A stretch of 64,000 nt of DNA from Clostridia bacterium (GTDB lineage: Bacteria; Bacillota; Clostridia; Oscillospirales; CAG-272): the NCBI GenBank assembly GCA_017621475.1, contig JAGATA010000003.1, forward strand, positions 76,072 to 140,071, given 5' to 3'. The notes under the pieces were generated by a model. That model was given only the letters and a program-made list of their open reading frames with translations, was not told the origin of the DNA and ran no database searches. The first letter of the stretch is position 1. Each line of letters opens with the position of its first letter. The position numbers and the translations under genes were made by a program. Positions 19,272 to 28,008 of this stretch are shown here, one piece after another.

Positions 19272-21182
19272 TTATTCTTTGACGGAAGAAATAAATTCTT
19301 CCGCTTCTTCGAGCATAAGAAAAAGCTCTTCTGTGCGTTCATCTATCTCCTCTATGCGCGCGGAAATTTCCGAAAGGCGGACGTAGTTTGTTGCAGCACT
19401 TGTCGAAGCTTCCTCTTCGAGTGCGCTCTTTTCTTCGTCAAGCTTGTTTATTTCTGCTTCGGATTTTTCGATTATACGCTCGTTTTTTCTTATTTCGGAT
19501 TGAAGTTTTTTATTTTCAAGATATTTAGCTTTGCTTACTGTTTCCGCTTTGGGCGCGGAAAGAGTGAGTGCTTCTGCCTCCTCTTTTTGTCTTGCTTTGT
19601 ACGCAATGTAGGAATCATATCCATCTCGCCAATCAAAAAATCCGTTGCTCATATCAAATATACGGGTTGCAAGCTTCTTTATAAAATAACGGTCGTGCGA
19701 CACGGCGATTATCGTGCCGTCGAAGGCAAGCAGGGCATCTTCAAGCGCTTCGCGGGAGCCGATGTCAAGGTGGTTCGTCGGTTCGTCGAGGATGAGAAGA
19801 TTTACTTTTGTAAGTATTATCTTGCAGAGTGCGAGGCGCGCACGCTCACCGCCCGAAAGCACGGAGACCGTCTTTTCCATATCCTCTGCGAAGAAAAGGA
19901 ATGCGGCAAGTGCGCTTCGCGCCTGCGTGTAGGTCAGCTTTTCGTGCGCGTTCATTATTTCTTCAAGGACGGTATTTGTTTCCGTGAGGTTTTGAATCTC
20001 CTGATCATAATAAGCCGCTTCGACGGCGCTTCCAAAGTAAAGCTCACCGCAGTCGGCTTTCTTTTTGCCGCCGAGTATTTTGAGAAGCGTGGATTTACCG
20101 CAACCGTTAGGTCCTATGATAAGCACGCGGTCGTTTTTCTTTACAAGGAAAGAGATATCGGAAAAGATGCTCTTTTCGCCGTAAGAAGCGCAAAGTCCGT
20201 CGGAAACGAGAACATCGTTTCCGCTCTCGCCAGAATATCCGAAGGAAAGGCGTATGTTTTTTGGAATAGCTTTGGGAGCTTCTATCTTTTCCATACGCGC
20301 AAGCGCTTTTTCGCGGCTTTCCGCAGCGATAATATTGCGTTCTCTGTTCCACCTGCGCTGCTGCTCTATGTAAGCCTCCTGGCGCGCGATCTCTTTCTGT
20401 TGTTCGATATATCTATGTTCGAGCGCTTTGCGTTCGGCGGCTTTTTTCTCTGCAAAAGCGGAGTAATTTCCGCTATAAAGGGTAGCGCGTTTATGCTCTA
20501 TTTCAAGCATTTTTGTTGCCACAACATCCAGAAAATAACGGTCGTGGGAAACAATTATAAGCGTTTTTGAGTATGAACGCAGGTGGTTTTCAAGCCATTC
20601 CAGCGTGTCTGTGTCAAGGTGGTTTGTAGGTTCGTCGAGGATGAGTATATCCGGCTCAACAAGCAGAAGACGCACAAGGGAAAGGCGCGTGCGCTCACCG
20701 CCCGAAAGATTACCCACAATCGTGCCGTGCATACTTTCTGGGAAGCCGAAACGCGAGAGCATAGATCTTATTCTGCCGCGGAACTCATAACCTCCGATGT
20801 CGCGGAAACGCTCGGTAAGGGAAGTGAACTCGGAGATAACCTTGTCGTGTCCCTCTGCAACCTCGTGCTCAAGCTCCGAAATGCGCTTTTCAAGGCGAAG
20901 CTGTTCGGGAAATGCGTGAAGCATTTCCTCGAAAACGGAGCTTTCGGAAAAAAGCATTGCATTCTGCTCAAGCATTGCAACTGTTTTGCCCTTGCCTATA
21001 TATACGTTACCGCGCGAAGCCTGCATATTTCCGCAGATTATTTTGAGGAGCGTGGATTTTCCCGCACCGTTCACGCCGACTACGCCGAGGCGGTCACCTT
21101 CGTTGATTGAAAAATTTATATTGTTAAGAATTACGTCTGTTCCGAATTCCAGACTTATATCGTTTACACTTAATGCGATCAT
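19272..21182 (-). CDS. ABC-F family ATPase (two ABC domains, no TMD, C-terminal coiled coil)
   Basis: Two Walker A motifs (GVNGAGKST, GPNGCGKST), two LSGGE signatures, a charged interdomain linker and a Glu/Lys-rich C-tail. Confidence 0.85.
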   Translation of the reverse strand: MIALSVNDISLEFGTDVILNNINFSINEGDRLGVVGVNGAGKSTLLKIICGNMQASRGNVYIGKGKTVAMLEQNAMLFSESSVFEEMLHAFPEQLRLEKRISELEHEVAEGHDKVISEFTSLTERFRDIGGYEFRGRIRSMLSRFGFPESMHGTIVGNLSGGERTRLSLVRLLLVEPDILILDEPTNHLDTDTLEWLENHLRSYSKTLIIVSHDRYFLDVVATKMLEIEHKRATLYSGNYSAFAEKKAAERKALEHRYIEQQKEIARQEAYIEQQRRWNRERNIIAAESREKALARMEKIEAPKAIPKNIRLSFGYSGESGNDVLVSDGLCASYGEKSIFSDISFLVKKNDRVLIIGPNGCGKSTLLKILGGKKKADCGELYFGSAVEAAYYDQEIQNLTETNTVLEEIMNAHEKLTYTQARSALAAFLFFAEDMEKTVSVLSGGERARLALCKIILTKVNLLILDEPTNHLDIGSREALEDALLAFDGTIIAVSHDRYFIKKLATRIFDMSNGFFDWRDGYDSYIAYKARQKEEAEALTLSAPKAETVSKAKYLENKKLQSEIRKNERIIEKSEAEINKLDEEKSALEEEASTSAATNYVRLSEISARIEEIDERTEELFLMLEEAEEFISSVKE

Positions 21183-21298
21183 TTTTACACCTTAATAAAT
21201 AATAGTTATCAGTAATATTATACCCTATAAATATATCGTTTGTCAATTTGTTTTGCGGTGCATATTATTTTATTAGGAAAAATATAAGGAGGTTTTTT

Positions 21299-21823
21299 AT
21301 GAATTCCAACACAAAGTCAGTTTGCAATCTTTCTCTTCCATATCCCGAACTTCGCGTAGAGCGCCAAAATCCGAAATATGCCGCTATGCTTTCTCTTGCT
21401 TATGCGGGGCAGGAGGGCGAGCTTCCCACCATCCTTTCGTATATTTACGGCAGCATGGTCTGCGCTAATGCTTTGCCGGAAATGCTTCGCGAAACGCTTC
21501 GCTGCATTGCGGTTTCGGAGATGCGCCATCTTGAAATGCTGGGTGAACTTATTTTTATGCTCGGCGGAGACCCTCGCTTTTGTACATCCAATAAACGGAT
21601 GGGAATAAATACGGCTATGTTACCGTATAAAGTCTCTCCCGCAGAAGTCATAGCGCAAGCAATATCGGGCGAGAAAAAAGCGATAAAGCTTTATGAAAAT
21701 CTTATTCTCTCGATTGAGGATAAATACGTGCGCGAGGTGCTTCGTCGCATTATAAAGGACGAGGAGCATCATCTTAAAATATTTTCTGAGATGCAGTACG
21801 TCCCCGCGCCTTACAGAAGATAA
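21299..21823 (+). CDS. Ferritin-like / manganese-catalase-family protein (CotJC-like)
   Basis: aaggagg RBS. NPKYAAMLSLAYAGQEGELPTILSYIY and SEMRHLEML resemble the CotJC/Mn-catalase di-metal helices. EEHHLKIF lies near the C-terminus. Confidence 0.5.
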   Translation: MNSNTKSVCNLSLPYPELRVERQNPKYAAMLSLAYAGQEGELPTILSYIYGSMVCANALPEMLRETLRCIAVSEMRHLEMLGELIFMLGGDPRFCTSNKRMGINTAMLPYKVSPAEVIAQAISGEKKAIKLYENLILSIEDKYVREVLRRIIKDEEHHLKIFSEMQYVPAPYRR

Positions 21824-21828
21824 ACGCA

Positions 21829-21855
21829 AAAATACCGCTCCGGGAGCGGTATTTT
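21829..21855. terminator. Bidirectional terminator
   Basis: aaaataccgctc / gagcggtatttt 12-bp arms with a 3-nt loop. Confidence 0.65.
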
Positions 21856-21868
21856 CTATTGTTTTTGT

Positions 21869-23518
21869 TTATTCTTTTTCCCAGGATACAATGCTTCGGA
21901 TGCCTTTTGTTTCCGTTTCGGCATAAGATATTTTAAGGCTGTCTCCAACGGAAATAAAGATAGCGGATGCGTCCTCTGCAAGACTTACGCGGTAGTAATT
22001 TCCGTCATCACAGAGGAAGAACCAAACGGAATTTCCGTCTATAACGAGCTTTTCAACAGACGTAACTTTAATGTGTGCGCTGTCCTTTTCCGCTTCCGCA
22101 CCGCTTATGATACCGTTTTGAGAGAGGAGCTTGCGGTATGCGTTTATAGCCTGCTCCTGCGTTTCTCCCGTGGCAACAAGGCTGTAATGCTCAACGTTTA
22201 CAAGTGCGTAAAGTTTAACAAGACCGCTGTTGTCCTTGAGCACCATAATATACGTTGCTTCTCCGGAAATGTTTACAAGTGCGGGGAAGGAGGCGTCGTA
22301 ATCCTTTTCCTGGACTTCGCCCTCTGCCGCGCTCATAGCGGAGTATTCTTCCGCACCCACAACGGCGTAATATTTATACTCACCCGTGCGCGCGTTGGAA
22401 ACGATAAAGCCGATATTGGAAGCATCTGCCGTAACGGATGTTACGCCTGTATAATACCAAACGTCATCATCGTGCATAAGGTAGCCGAAATCGTCCGTGG
22501 TTTGCTTGCAGCCCTTGTTGCCGATAACGCTGTTCCAGAATCCGCCCGAAAGTGTGCCGTGCCAGTTATATTTATCTTCCGCAAGGTAGCCGTCGAAAAC
22601 AATATCCACCCAACGCGGAACTTCGCCAACGGAATAGAGAGTGGAAGTACCGTCGCAAGGATTAAAGATTATGACCTCACTTACATCATATGCACCGAAG
22701 ATGGAAACCTGAGGTTTCATGCAGGAAACTATATAGAAAGGGTTACCGTCTTCGTCAACTTCGAAGTTTACGGTACCGAATATTTTTGTGGGATATTCAA
22801 AGCGGAGCTTTCTGTAAAGATCTTCTCCGAAATATGCGCTGTCAACGTATTTAAGGGGAGTTGAAAGTTTTTTGTATTCTGCGGTATTGTTTACGGGATC
22901 GACCATAATGTAGCCGGGAACGCCGTCATCTCTGTTGCCGAGCCATTTAAAGAATCCGTCATATTCAAGGCAGGAAAGTTTTTTAGGGAATCCCAGATAA
23001 TTTATTTGAGTATAAGTACCGTTTACAACGTATTGCGAAACAACATCGGAAAGAGAACCGAGCGCTCGATTGCCGATGGTGATAGCGGAGTTCGTATCCA
23101 TAAGCGCGATGTTTGTTACGGCGTTTGTTTCGGGCATATCTGTCGCAAAATCTGCCTCATTTACGGTTATGACGTTTGCGTATTTTTTAGCGTTGAAAAA
23201 TGTGGAAGAGAAGATGTTTCCTGCGAGTATAACGAGCAACGGAAGAACTATAAGAGCAACCATTACTTTGCTTGCGGTGCTTTTTTTGCCGCGGGCAAGC
23301 TCAACTCTTGACGAGGAGCCGGGAAGCTTATATACCTTGAAGAGATTGCCGAAGCAGAAGGGTGCCAAGTATATTGCAAGCACCATGGTTAGAAAGAGCC
23401 AAAATTCGTATGCCAAAGGATTTATCGGCGGGAGCATTACATAAAAGAGAAGAAAAACTATTGCCGAACTGATAAGAAGTTTTACTGCTGTTTTTATAAC
23501 AGAATTTGGTTTTTTCAT
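21869..23518 (-). CDS. Hypothetical membrane protein with large extracytoplasmic domain
   Basis: Start at MKKPNS after aggagg. Three predicted N-terminal TM helices, then ~430 aa with no motif I recognise. Confidence 0.5.
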   Translation of the reverse strand: MKKPNSVIKTAVKLLISSAIVFLLFYVMLPPINPLAYEFWLFLTMVLAIYLAPFCFGNLFKVYKLPGSSSRVELARGKKSTASKVMVALIVLPLLVILAGNIFSSTFFNAKKYANVITVNEADFATDMPETNAVTNIALMDTNSAITIGNRALGSLSDVVSQYVVNGTYTQINYLGFPKKLSCLEYDGFFKWLGNRDDGVPGYIMVDPVNNTAEYKKLSTPLKYVDSAYFGEDLYRKLRFEYPTKIFGTVNFEVDEDGNPFYIVSCMKPQVSIFGAYDVSEVIIFNPCDGTSTLYSVGEVPRWVDIVFDGYLAEDKYNWHGTLSGGFWNSVIGNKGCKQTTDDFGYLMHDDDVWYYTGVTSVTADASNIGFIVSNARTGEYKYYAVVGAEEYSAMSAAEGEVQEKDYDASFPALVNISGEATYIMVLKDNSGLVKLYALVNVEHYSLVATGETQEQAINAYRKLLSQNGIISGAEAEKDSAHIKVTSVEKLVIDGNSVWFFLCDDGNYYRVSLAEDASAIFISVGDSLKISYAETETKGIRSIVSWEKE

Positions 23519-23566
23519 AATAATCAACCTCCTGAAGACTATATAATGCAAAAAAGTTTAAAAATT

Positions 23567-24979
23567 TTATTTAAGGTTTTTCTTTTTGACCTCAACGTAT
23601 GCGTTTGTTTCTTTTGCTATTACGGAAGAAAGTGCAAGCAATGCTATTATATTGGGAAGCGCCATAAGTCCGTTGAATATATTCGCGATGTTCCAAACTG
23701 CGGCAACCGTAAGATAAGGACCTACAAGTACGGCAAGAATGTAAAGGATTCTGTATGTAAATTTTACGTATTTATTGCCATTGGAAAGATAATCAAGGCA
23801 TTTTTCGCCGTAAAAGTCCCAACCGAGAATCGTTGTGAAAGCGAAAAATACGAGGCATATCATAAGGATGAACGAGGATACCTGAGAGGGCAGGGAAAGT
23901 CCGCTCTTGAATGCGTCCATAGTGATAGCAACGCCTTCAAGACCTTTATTCCAAGAGCCGCCGAGTATAACGGCAAGACCTGTGAGCGTGCAGATAATGA
24001 TAGTGTCGATAAAAGTACCTGTCATTGTAACAAGACCTTCGTGTACGGCGTTATCCGTTTTTGCGGAGGCTGTTGCTATGGGAGCAGAGCCAAGACCTGC
24101 TTCGTTGGAGAAGACTCCTTTTGCAACGCCTTCCTGGATAGCTATAAACATACTGCCGACAACGCCGCCCGTAACTGAAGCAGGGTTGAACGCACCCTTG
24201 AATATCTCAAGAAGTGCTGCGGGAACTCTTGTTATGTTGCAGCAAAGTATAATTATTACTGCTGCGGCATAGAGTATTGCCATAAAAGGAACGACTATGG
24301 TGGAAACGTAAGAAATTCTCTTGATGCCGCCGATAACAACAAGCGCGGTGGCAAGAGCTACCAAAGCGCCGCCGATAACAACAGCCCAAGAGTAAGAGTT
24401 TTTGCCTATAGTGAATGCAACGTTATCGTTGTTTGGGTCAAAGAAGCTGCCAATGGCAGAGGAAATGCTGTTTACCTGTGTGATGGTACCGATGCCCATA
24501 AGACCTGCGAGCGCACCGAAAATTGCAAAAAGCTTTGCAAGCCAAGTCCATTTCTTTCCCATGCCTTTTTCTATATAGTAGAAAGGACCGCCGCTGACAT
24601 TGCCTTTTTCATCGAAATGGCGGTATTTGATGGCGAGGAAGCCTTCCGCATATTTTGTTGCCATTCCGAAAAATGCGGCAACGAGCATCCAGAAGAGCGC
24701 ACCGGGACCGCCTGCGGCAATAGCAGTTGCAACACCTACGATGTTGCCCGTTCCGATGGTTGCGGAAAGTGCCACGCAAAGCGCGGAAAAACTTGATATC
24801 TCGCCTTTTCCTTCGCTATTGTTGCCTGTAAACATAATTTTAATGGATTTCCCGAAATGCTTTATCTGGACAAAATGCGTTCTTATCGTAAGAAAGAGCC
24901 CTGCGGCAAGTATAAGCATGATAAGGGGAATTCCCCAGACAAAATCGGAAACAACTTTTGTGATCTGATCGAAGTTCAT
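23567..24979 (-). CDS. Alanine/glycine:cation symporter (AGCS family)
   Basis: Start at MNFDQITK after aaaggag. GGPGALFWMLVAAFFGMATKYAE and the polytopic profile are typical of AGCS. Confidence 0.85.
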   Translation of the reverse strand: MNFDQITKVVSDFVWGIPLIMLILAAGLFLTIRTHFVQIKHFGKSIKIMFTGNNSEGKGEISSFSALCVALSATIGTGNIVGVATAIAAGGPGALFWMLVAAFFGMATKYAEGFLAIKYRHFDEKGNVSGGPFYYIEKGMGKKWTWLAKLFAIFGALAGLMGIGTITQVNSISSAIGSFFDPNNDNVAFTIGKNSYSWAVVIGGALVALATALVVIGGIKRISYVSTIVVPFMAILYAAAVIIILCCNITRVPAALLEIFKGAFNPASVTGGVVGSMFIAIQEGVAKGVFSNEAGLGSAPIATASAKTDNAVHEGLVTMTGTFIDTIIICTLTGLAVILGGSWNKGLEGVAITMDAFKSGLSLPSQVSSFILMICLVFFAFTTILGWDFYGEKCLDYLSNGNKYVKFTYRILYILAVLVGPYLTVAAVWNIANIFNGLMALPNIIALLALSSVIAKETNAYVEVKKKNLK

Positions 24980-25315
24980 AATGCTTCTCCTTTTTATTTT
25001 TGACAATATTGCGCCCTTTTTGCAAAAAACGAAAAAGAGAACCGCATTTTTTTTGCAAATGCTGTTGAAATAATTGCTCAAAAAGGATATAATGTCAATT
25101 GTATTTATTTTTTATGTAAAGAAGTATAACACAAATAAAAAATAAATTCAATGAAATTTTGCCCGTGGAACAAAACATTGGAGAAGGTTACAAATTTTTG
25201 ATAAAATCTCCGCTATGTGTGTGTGAACACGGGAATAAAACAAGCTATGTCCGTAAATTGAAGACACTTGTGCGCAAAATACGGAATGACAAGGCTGCTT
25301 TTGGCGCTATAACGC

Positions 25316-25354
25316 AAAAACAGTGTCTGCACTCAAACATTGAGCACAGACACT
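25316..25354 (-). terminator. Probable terminator of the tRNA pair
   Basis: Imperfect 14-bp hairpin agtgtctgcactca / tgagcacagacact, followed on the minus strand by TTTTT. Confidence 0.5.
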
Positions 25355-25458
25355 AACCGTATTGCGATGGTACGGATTCTTTATAACGAAACTCCACCAT
25401 TGTGTGATAAACAAAAAGTTAGCAGTGTCAGCCCCGATTTTGGGACCGGCACTGCCGA

Positions 25459-25532
25459 TGGAGCGAGTGACGGGAATCGGACCCGCGTATTCGGCTTGGG
25501 AAGCCGATGTTCTGCCATTGAACTACACTCGC
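25459..25532 (-). tRNA. tRNA-Gly (anticodon CCC), CCA encoded
   Basis: Manual cloverleaf: GCGAGTG acceptor, GTTC/GAAC D-stem, TCGGC-TTCCCAA-GCCGA anticodon arm, 4-nt variable loop, GCGGG-TCCGATT-CCCGT T-arm. Confidence 0.85.
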
Positions 25533-25567
25533 GAAAGCAAAACAGCCCGGCTAAAACCGAGCTGCAG

Positions 25568-25643
25568 TGGAGCTGGTGATGTGACTTGAACACACGACCT
25601 GCTGATTACGAATCAGCTGCACTACCGACTGTGCTACACCAGC
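25568..25643 (-). tRNA. tRNA-Thr (anticodon CGT), CCA encoded
   Basis: Manual cloverleaf: GCTGGTG acceptor, GCTGA-TTCGTAA-TCAGC anticodon arm, GTGTG-TTCAAGT-CACAT T-arm. Confidence 0.9.
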
Positions 25644-25665
25644 GAACCTATCAAAAGCGAGAATG

Positions 25666-25694
25666 ATTATAGCATATAAAACAATTTTTGTCAA
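25666..25694 (-). promoter_or_regulatory. Consensus sigma-A promoter for the tRNA-Thr/tRNA-Gly pair
   Basis: Minus strand TTGACA-17 nt-TATAAT, ending ~22 nt upstream of tRNA-Thr. Confidence 0.65.
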
Positions 25695-25723
25695 TAATAT
25701 TTTTGAAAAAAGGTAGAAAAAAT

Positions 25724-26578
25724 ATGAAACTTACCGATATGTCATATGCCCACGAAGTTATGGAGCGCCACGGAATTGCTCCAAAGAAAAAATTCGGGCA
25801 AAACTTTTTGACCTCGGATGCGGTCGTTTGCCGCATCGCAGATACCCCTTCCGAAGATAAAGAGGTTGGCGTTCTGGAAATAGGCCCCGGCATAGGCACT
25901 CTTACAGAGGCTCTTGCGGACAGATATAAGAAGGTCGTTTCCGTTGAGATAGATGAAAGTCTTCTTCCTGTGCTTGCGGATACCGTCGGCTGGCGTGACA
26001 ACGTTACCGTTGTTAACGCAGACGCAATGAAACTCGATCTTCCCGAATTTGTAAAGGAACATTTCGGAGATATGAAAGTGTGCGTCTGCGCAAATTTACC
26101 ATATTATATAACATCGCCTATTATTATGAAGATCCTTGAATGCGGTCCTCTTTTTGAGTCTGTTACCGTTATGATACAGAAAGAGGTTGCTCTAAGGCTT
26201 GCTTCTGCGCCGGGAAGCGCGGATTACGGCGCTATAACCCTTTTCGCGTCTTATCTTGCCGATGTTAAGAAGTGCTTTGACGTTTCACCGGGAAACTTTT
26301 TGCCGCAACCGAAGGTAACATCTGCGGTTATTCGTATGAAACCGCATAAAAAGCCTCCCGTTGATGTAAAAGATCCCGAAAATATGCAAAAGATAATAAA
26401 GGCGGCGTTTGAACAGAGGCGAAAAATGCTGGCAGGCGCACTTGCTGCGGCTACATCCAAAGTAAGCAAAGCCGTTATAAGTGAAAAGATCGCTGCGGCA
26501 GGGCTTCCCGCAGACGTTCGCGGAGAAAAGCTTTCTCTTGCGGATTTCGCGCGTCTTTCGGATTTGCTTGAAATTTAG
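25724..26578 (+). CDS. rsmA: 16S rRNA (adenine1518/1519-N6)-dimethyltransferase
   Basis: KKKFGQNFL, LEIGPGIGTLT and NLPYYITSPI motifs. Confidence 0.9.
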   Translation: MKLTDMSYAHEVMERHGIAPKKKFGQNFLTSDAVVCRIADTPSEDKEVGVLEIGPGIGTLTEALADRYKKVVSVEIDESLLPVLADTVGWRDNVTVVNADAMKLDLPEFVKEHFGDMKVCVCANLPYYITSPIIMKILECGPLFESVTVMIQKEVALRLASAPGSADYGAITLFASYLADVKKCFDVSPGNFLPQPKVTSAVIRMKPHKKPPVDVKDPENMQKIIKAAFEQRRKMLAGALAAATSKVSKAVISEKIAAAGLPADVRGEKLSLADFARLSDLLEI

Positions 26579-26587
26579 GAGATTATT

Positions 26588-27976
26588 ATGAATAAAAAGA
26601 TAAAAGAATTTTCTGATTATATAAAAGGAAAGAAAGTTGCGCTCATTGGCGCCGGCGTGAGCAATATGGCGGCAGTGGACCTGCTTCTTTCAATGGGTGC
26701 TGTTCTTTCCGTTCGCGATAAGCAAAACGATGAAGCAAAGGCACAAATGCTTTTGGAAAAAGGGGCGAAGGTATTTTTTGGTGAAGATTACCTTGACGGT
26801 ATATATGAGGAAGTCCTTTTCAAATCTCCCGGCATACGCCCCGACGTGCCAGAGATAGCGAGCGCTTGCGCGCGCGGCGCGGTGCTTACATCGGAGATGG
26901 AGGTGTTCCTTGCTCTTTGTCCTGCAAAAATTTATGCCGTAACGGGAAGCGATGGAAAGACCACGACGACGACTCTCGTTTCCAAAATGCTTGAAGCGGA
27001 ATATAAAAAGAACGGCAAGGGTAAAGTTTACCTTGGCGGCAATATAGGAACTCCGCTTTTGCCGTATATTCTTGAAATGACCGAGGATGATGCCGCGGTA
27101 GTGGAGCTTTCCAGTTTTCAGCTTTTCTCTATGAGTGCGCACATCCATAGTGCCATCGTTACAAACATAACGCCTAATCACCTCAACTGGCACGTTGATA
27201 TGGATGAGTATATCGAGGCAAAAGCTAAAATATTTGAAAAACAGACGGAAAAAGACCGTCTTGTGCTCAATGCGGAAAACGATATAACTCTCTCCCTTTC
27301 GGAACGCGCAAAGGGAAGTGTTACGCTCTTTTCTTCTAAGAAGGCGCTTACCGAAACACGCAGTATATATCTTGACGGTGAGCAGATAATCTACTTTGAC
27401 GGAAGCGAAAAAACTCCCGTTATGACTCGTTCGGATATAAAGATCCCCGGTATTCACAACGTGGAAAATTATATGGCGGCTTGCGCATGCGTCTTCGGCG
27501 AGGTGAGCGTTGATACTATGAAGGAGGTGGCGCGCACTTTCGGCGGCGTTGCCCACAGAATAGAGCTTGTTGCCGAAAAGAACGGAGTTAAATACTACAA
27601 CAGCTCCATTGACACAAGCCCCACGCGCACGGCGGCGGCTTTGCGTGCTTTTTCGGAAAAGCTCGTTGTTATCGTCGGAGGATACGATAAGCATATTCCG
27701 TTGGAGCCTCTCGCACCTCTGCTTTCGGAGCACGCAAAATTTATAAGCGCAACGGGAGACACGGGCGAGAAAATAATGAATATTATGCTTGACTCGGACT
27801 ATCCTTGTGATAAAATAGTATATACGAAAGATTTTGACGGCGCGTTTGCCGCGGCGGTGAAAGCCGCGCAATGTGGCGATACCGTTATTCTTTCGCCCGC
27901 CTGCGCAAGTTTTGATGCGTTCAAAAATTTTGAAAAGCGCGGTGAATATTTCAAAGAGCTTGTAAATGCTCTTTGA
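26588..27976 (+). CDS. murD: UDP-N-acetylmuramoyl-L-alanine--D-glutamate ligase
   Basis: GAGVSN N-terminal Rossmann motif and the VTGSDGKTTTTTL P-loop. 462 aa. Confidence 0.9.
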   Translation: MNKKIKEFSDYIKGKKVALIGAGVSNMAAVDLLLSMGAVLSVRDKQNDEAKAQMLLEKGAKVFFGEDYLDGIYEEVLFKSPGIRPDVPEIASACARGAVLTSEMEVFLALCPAKIYAVTGSDGKTTTTTLVSKMLEAEYKKNGKGKVYLGGNIGTPLLPYILEMTEDDAAVVELSSFQLFSMSAHIHSAIVTNITPNHLNWHVDMDEYIEAKAKIFEKQTEKDRLVLNAENDITLSLSERAKGSVTLFSSKKALTETRSIYLDGEQIIYFDGSEKTPVMTRSDIKIPGIHNVENYMAACACVFGEVSVDTMKEVARTFGGVAHRIELVAEKNGVKYYNSSIDTSPTRTAAALRAFSEKLVVIVGGYDKHIPLEPLAPLLSEHAKFISATGDTGEKIMNIMLDSDYPCDKIVYTKDFDGAFAAAVKAAQCGDTVILSPACASFDAFKNFEKRGEYFKELVNAL

Positions 27977-28008
27977 TAGATATTAAAGATTTTAAAGAGG
28001 AAAAATAA

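Noticed and set aside
24980-25100. Possible glycine riboswitch upstream of the alanine/glycine symporter
   Set aside because: I could not find the conserved glycine-riboswitch cores or a terminator/antiterminator pair. Only short AT-rich hairpins are present.
25159-25356. 65-aa ORF in the tRNA/symporter intergenic gap
   Set aside because: It has no SD and an implausible composition, and its end overlaps the tRNA terminator hairpin.
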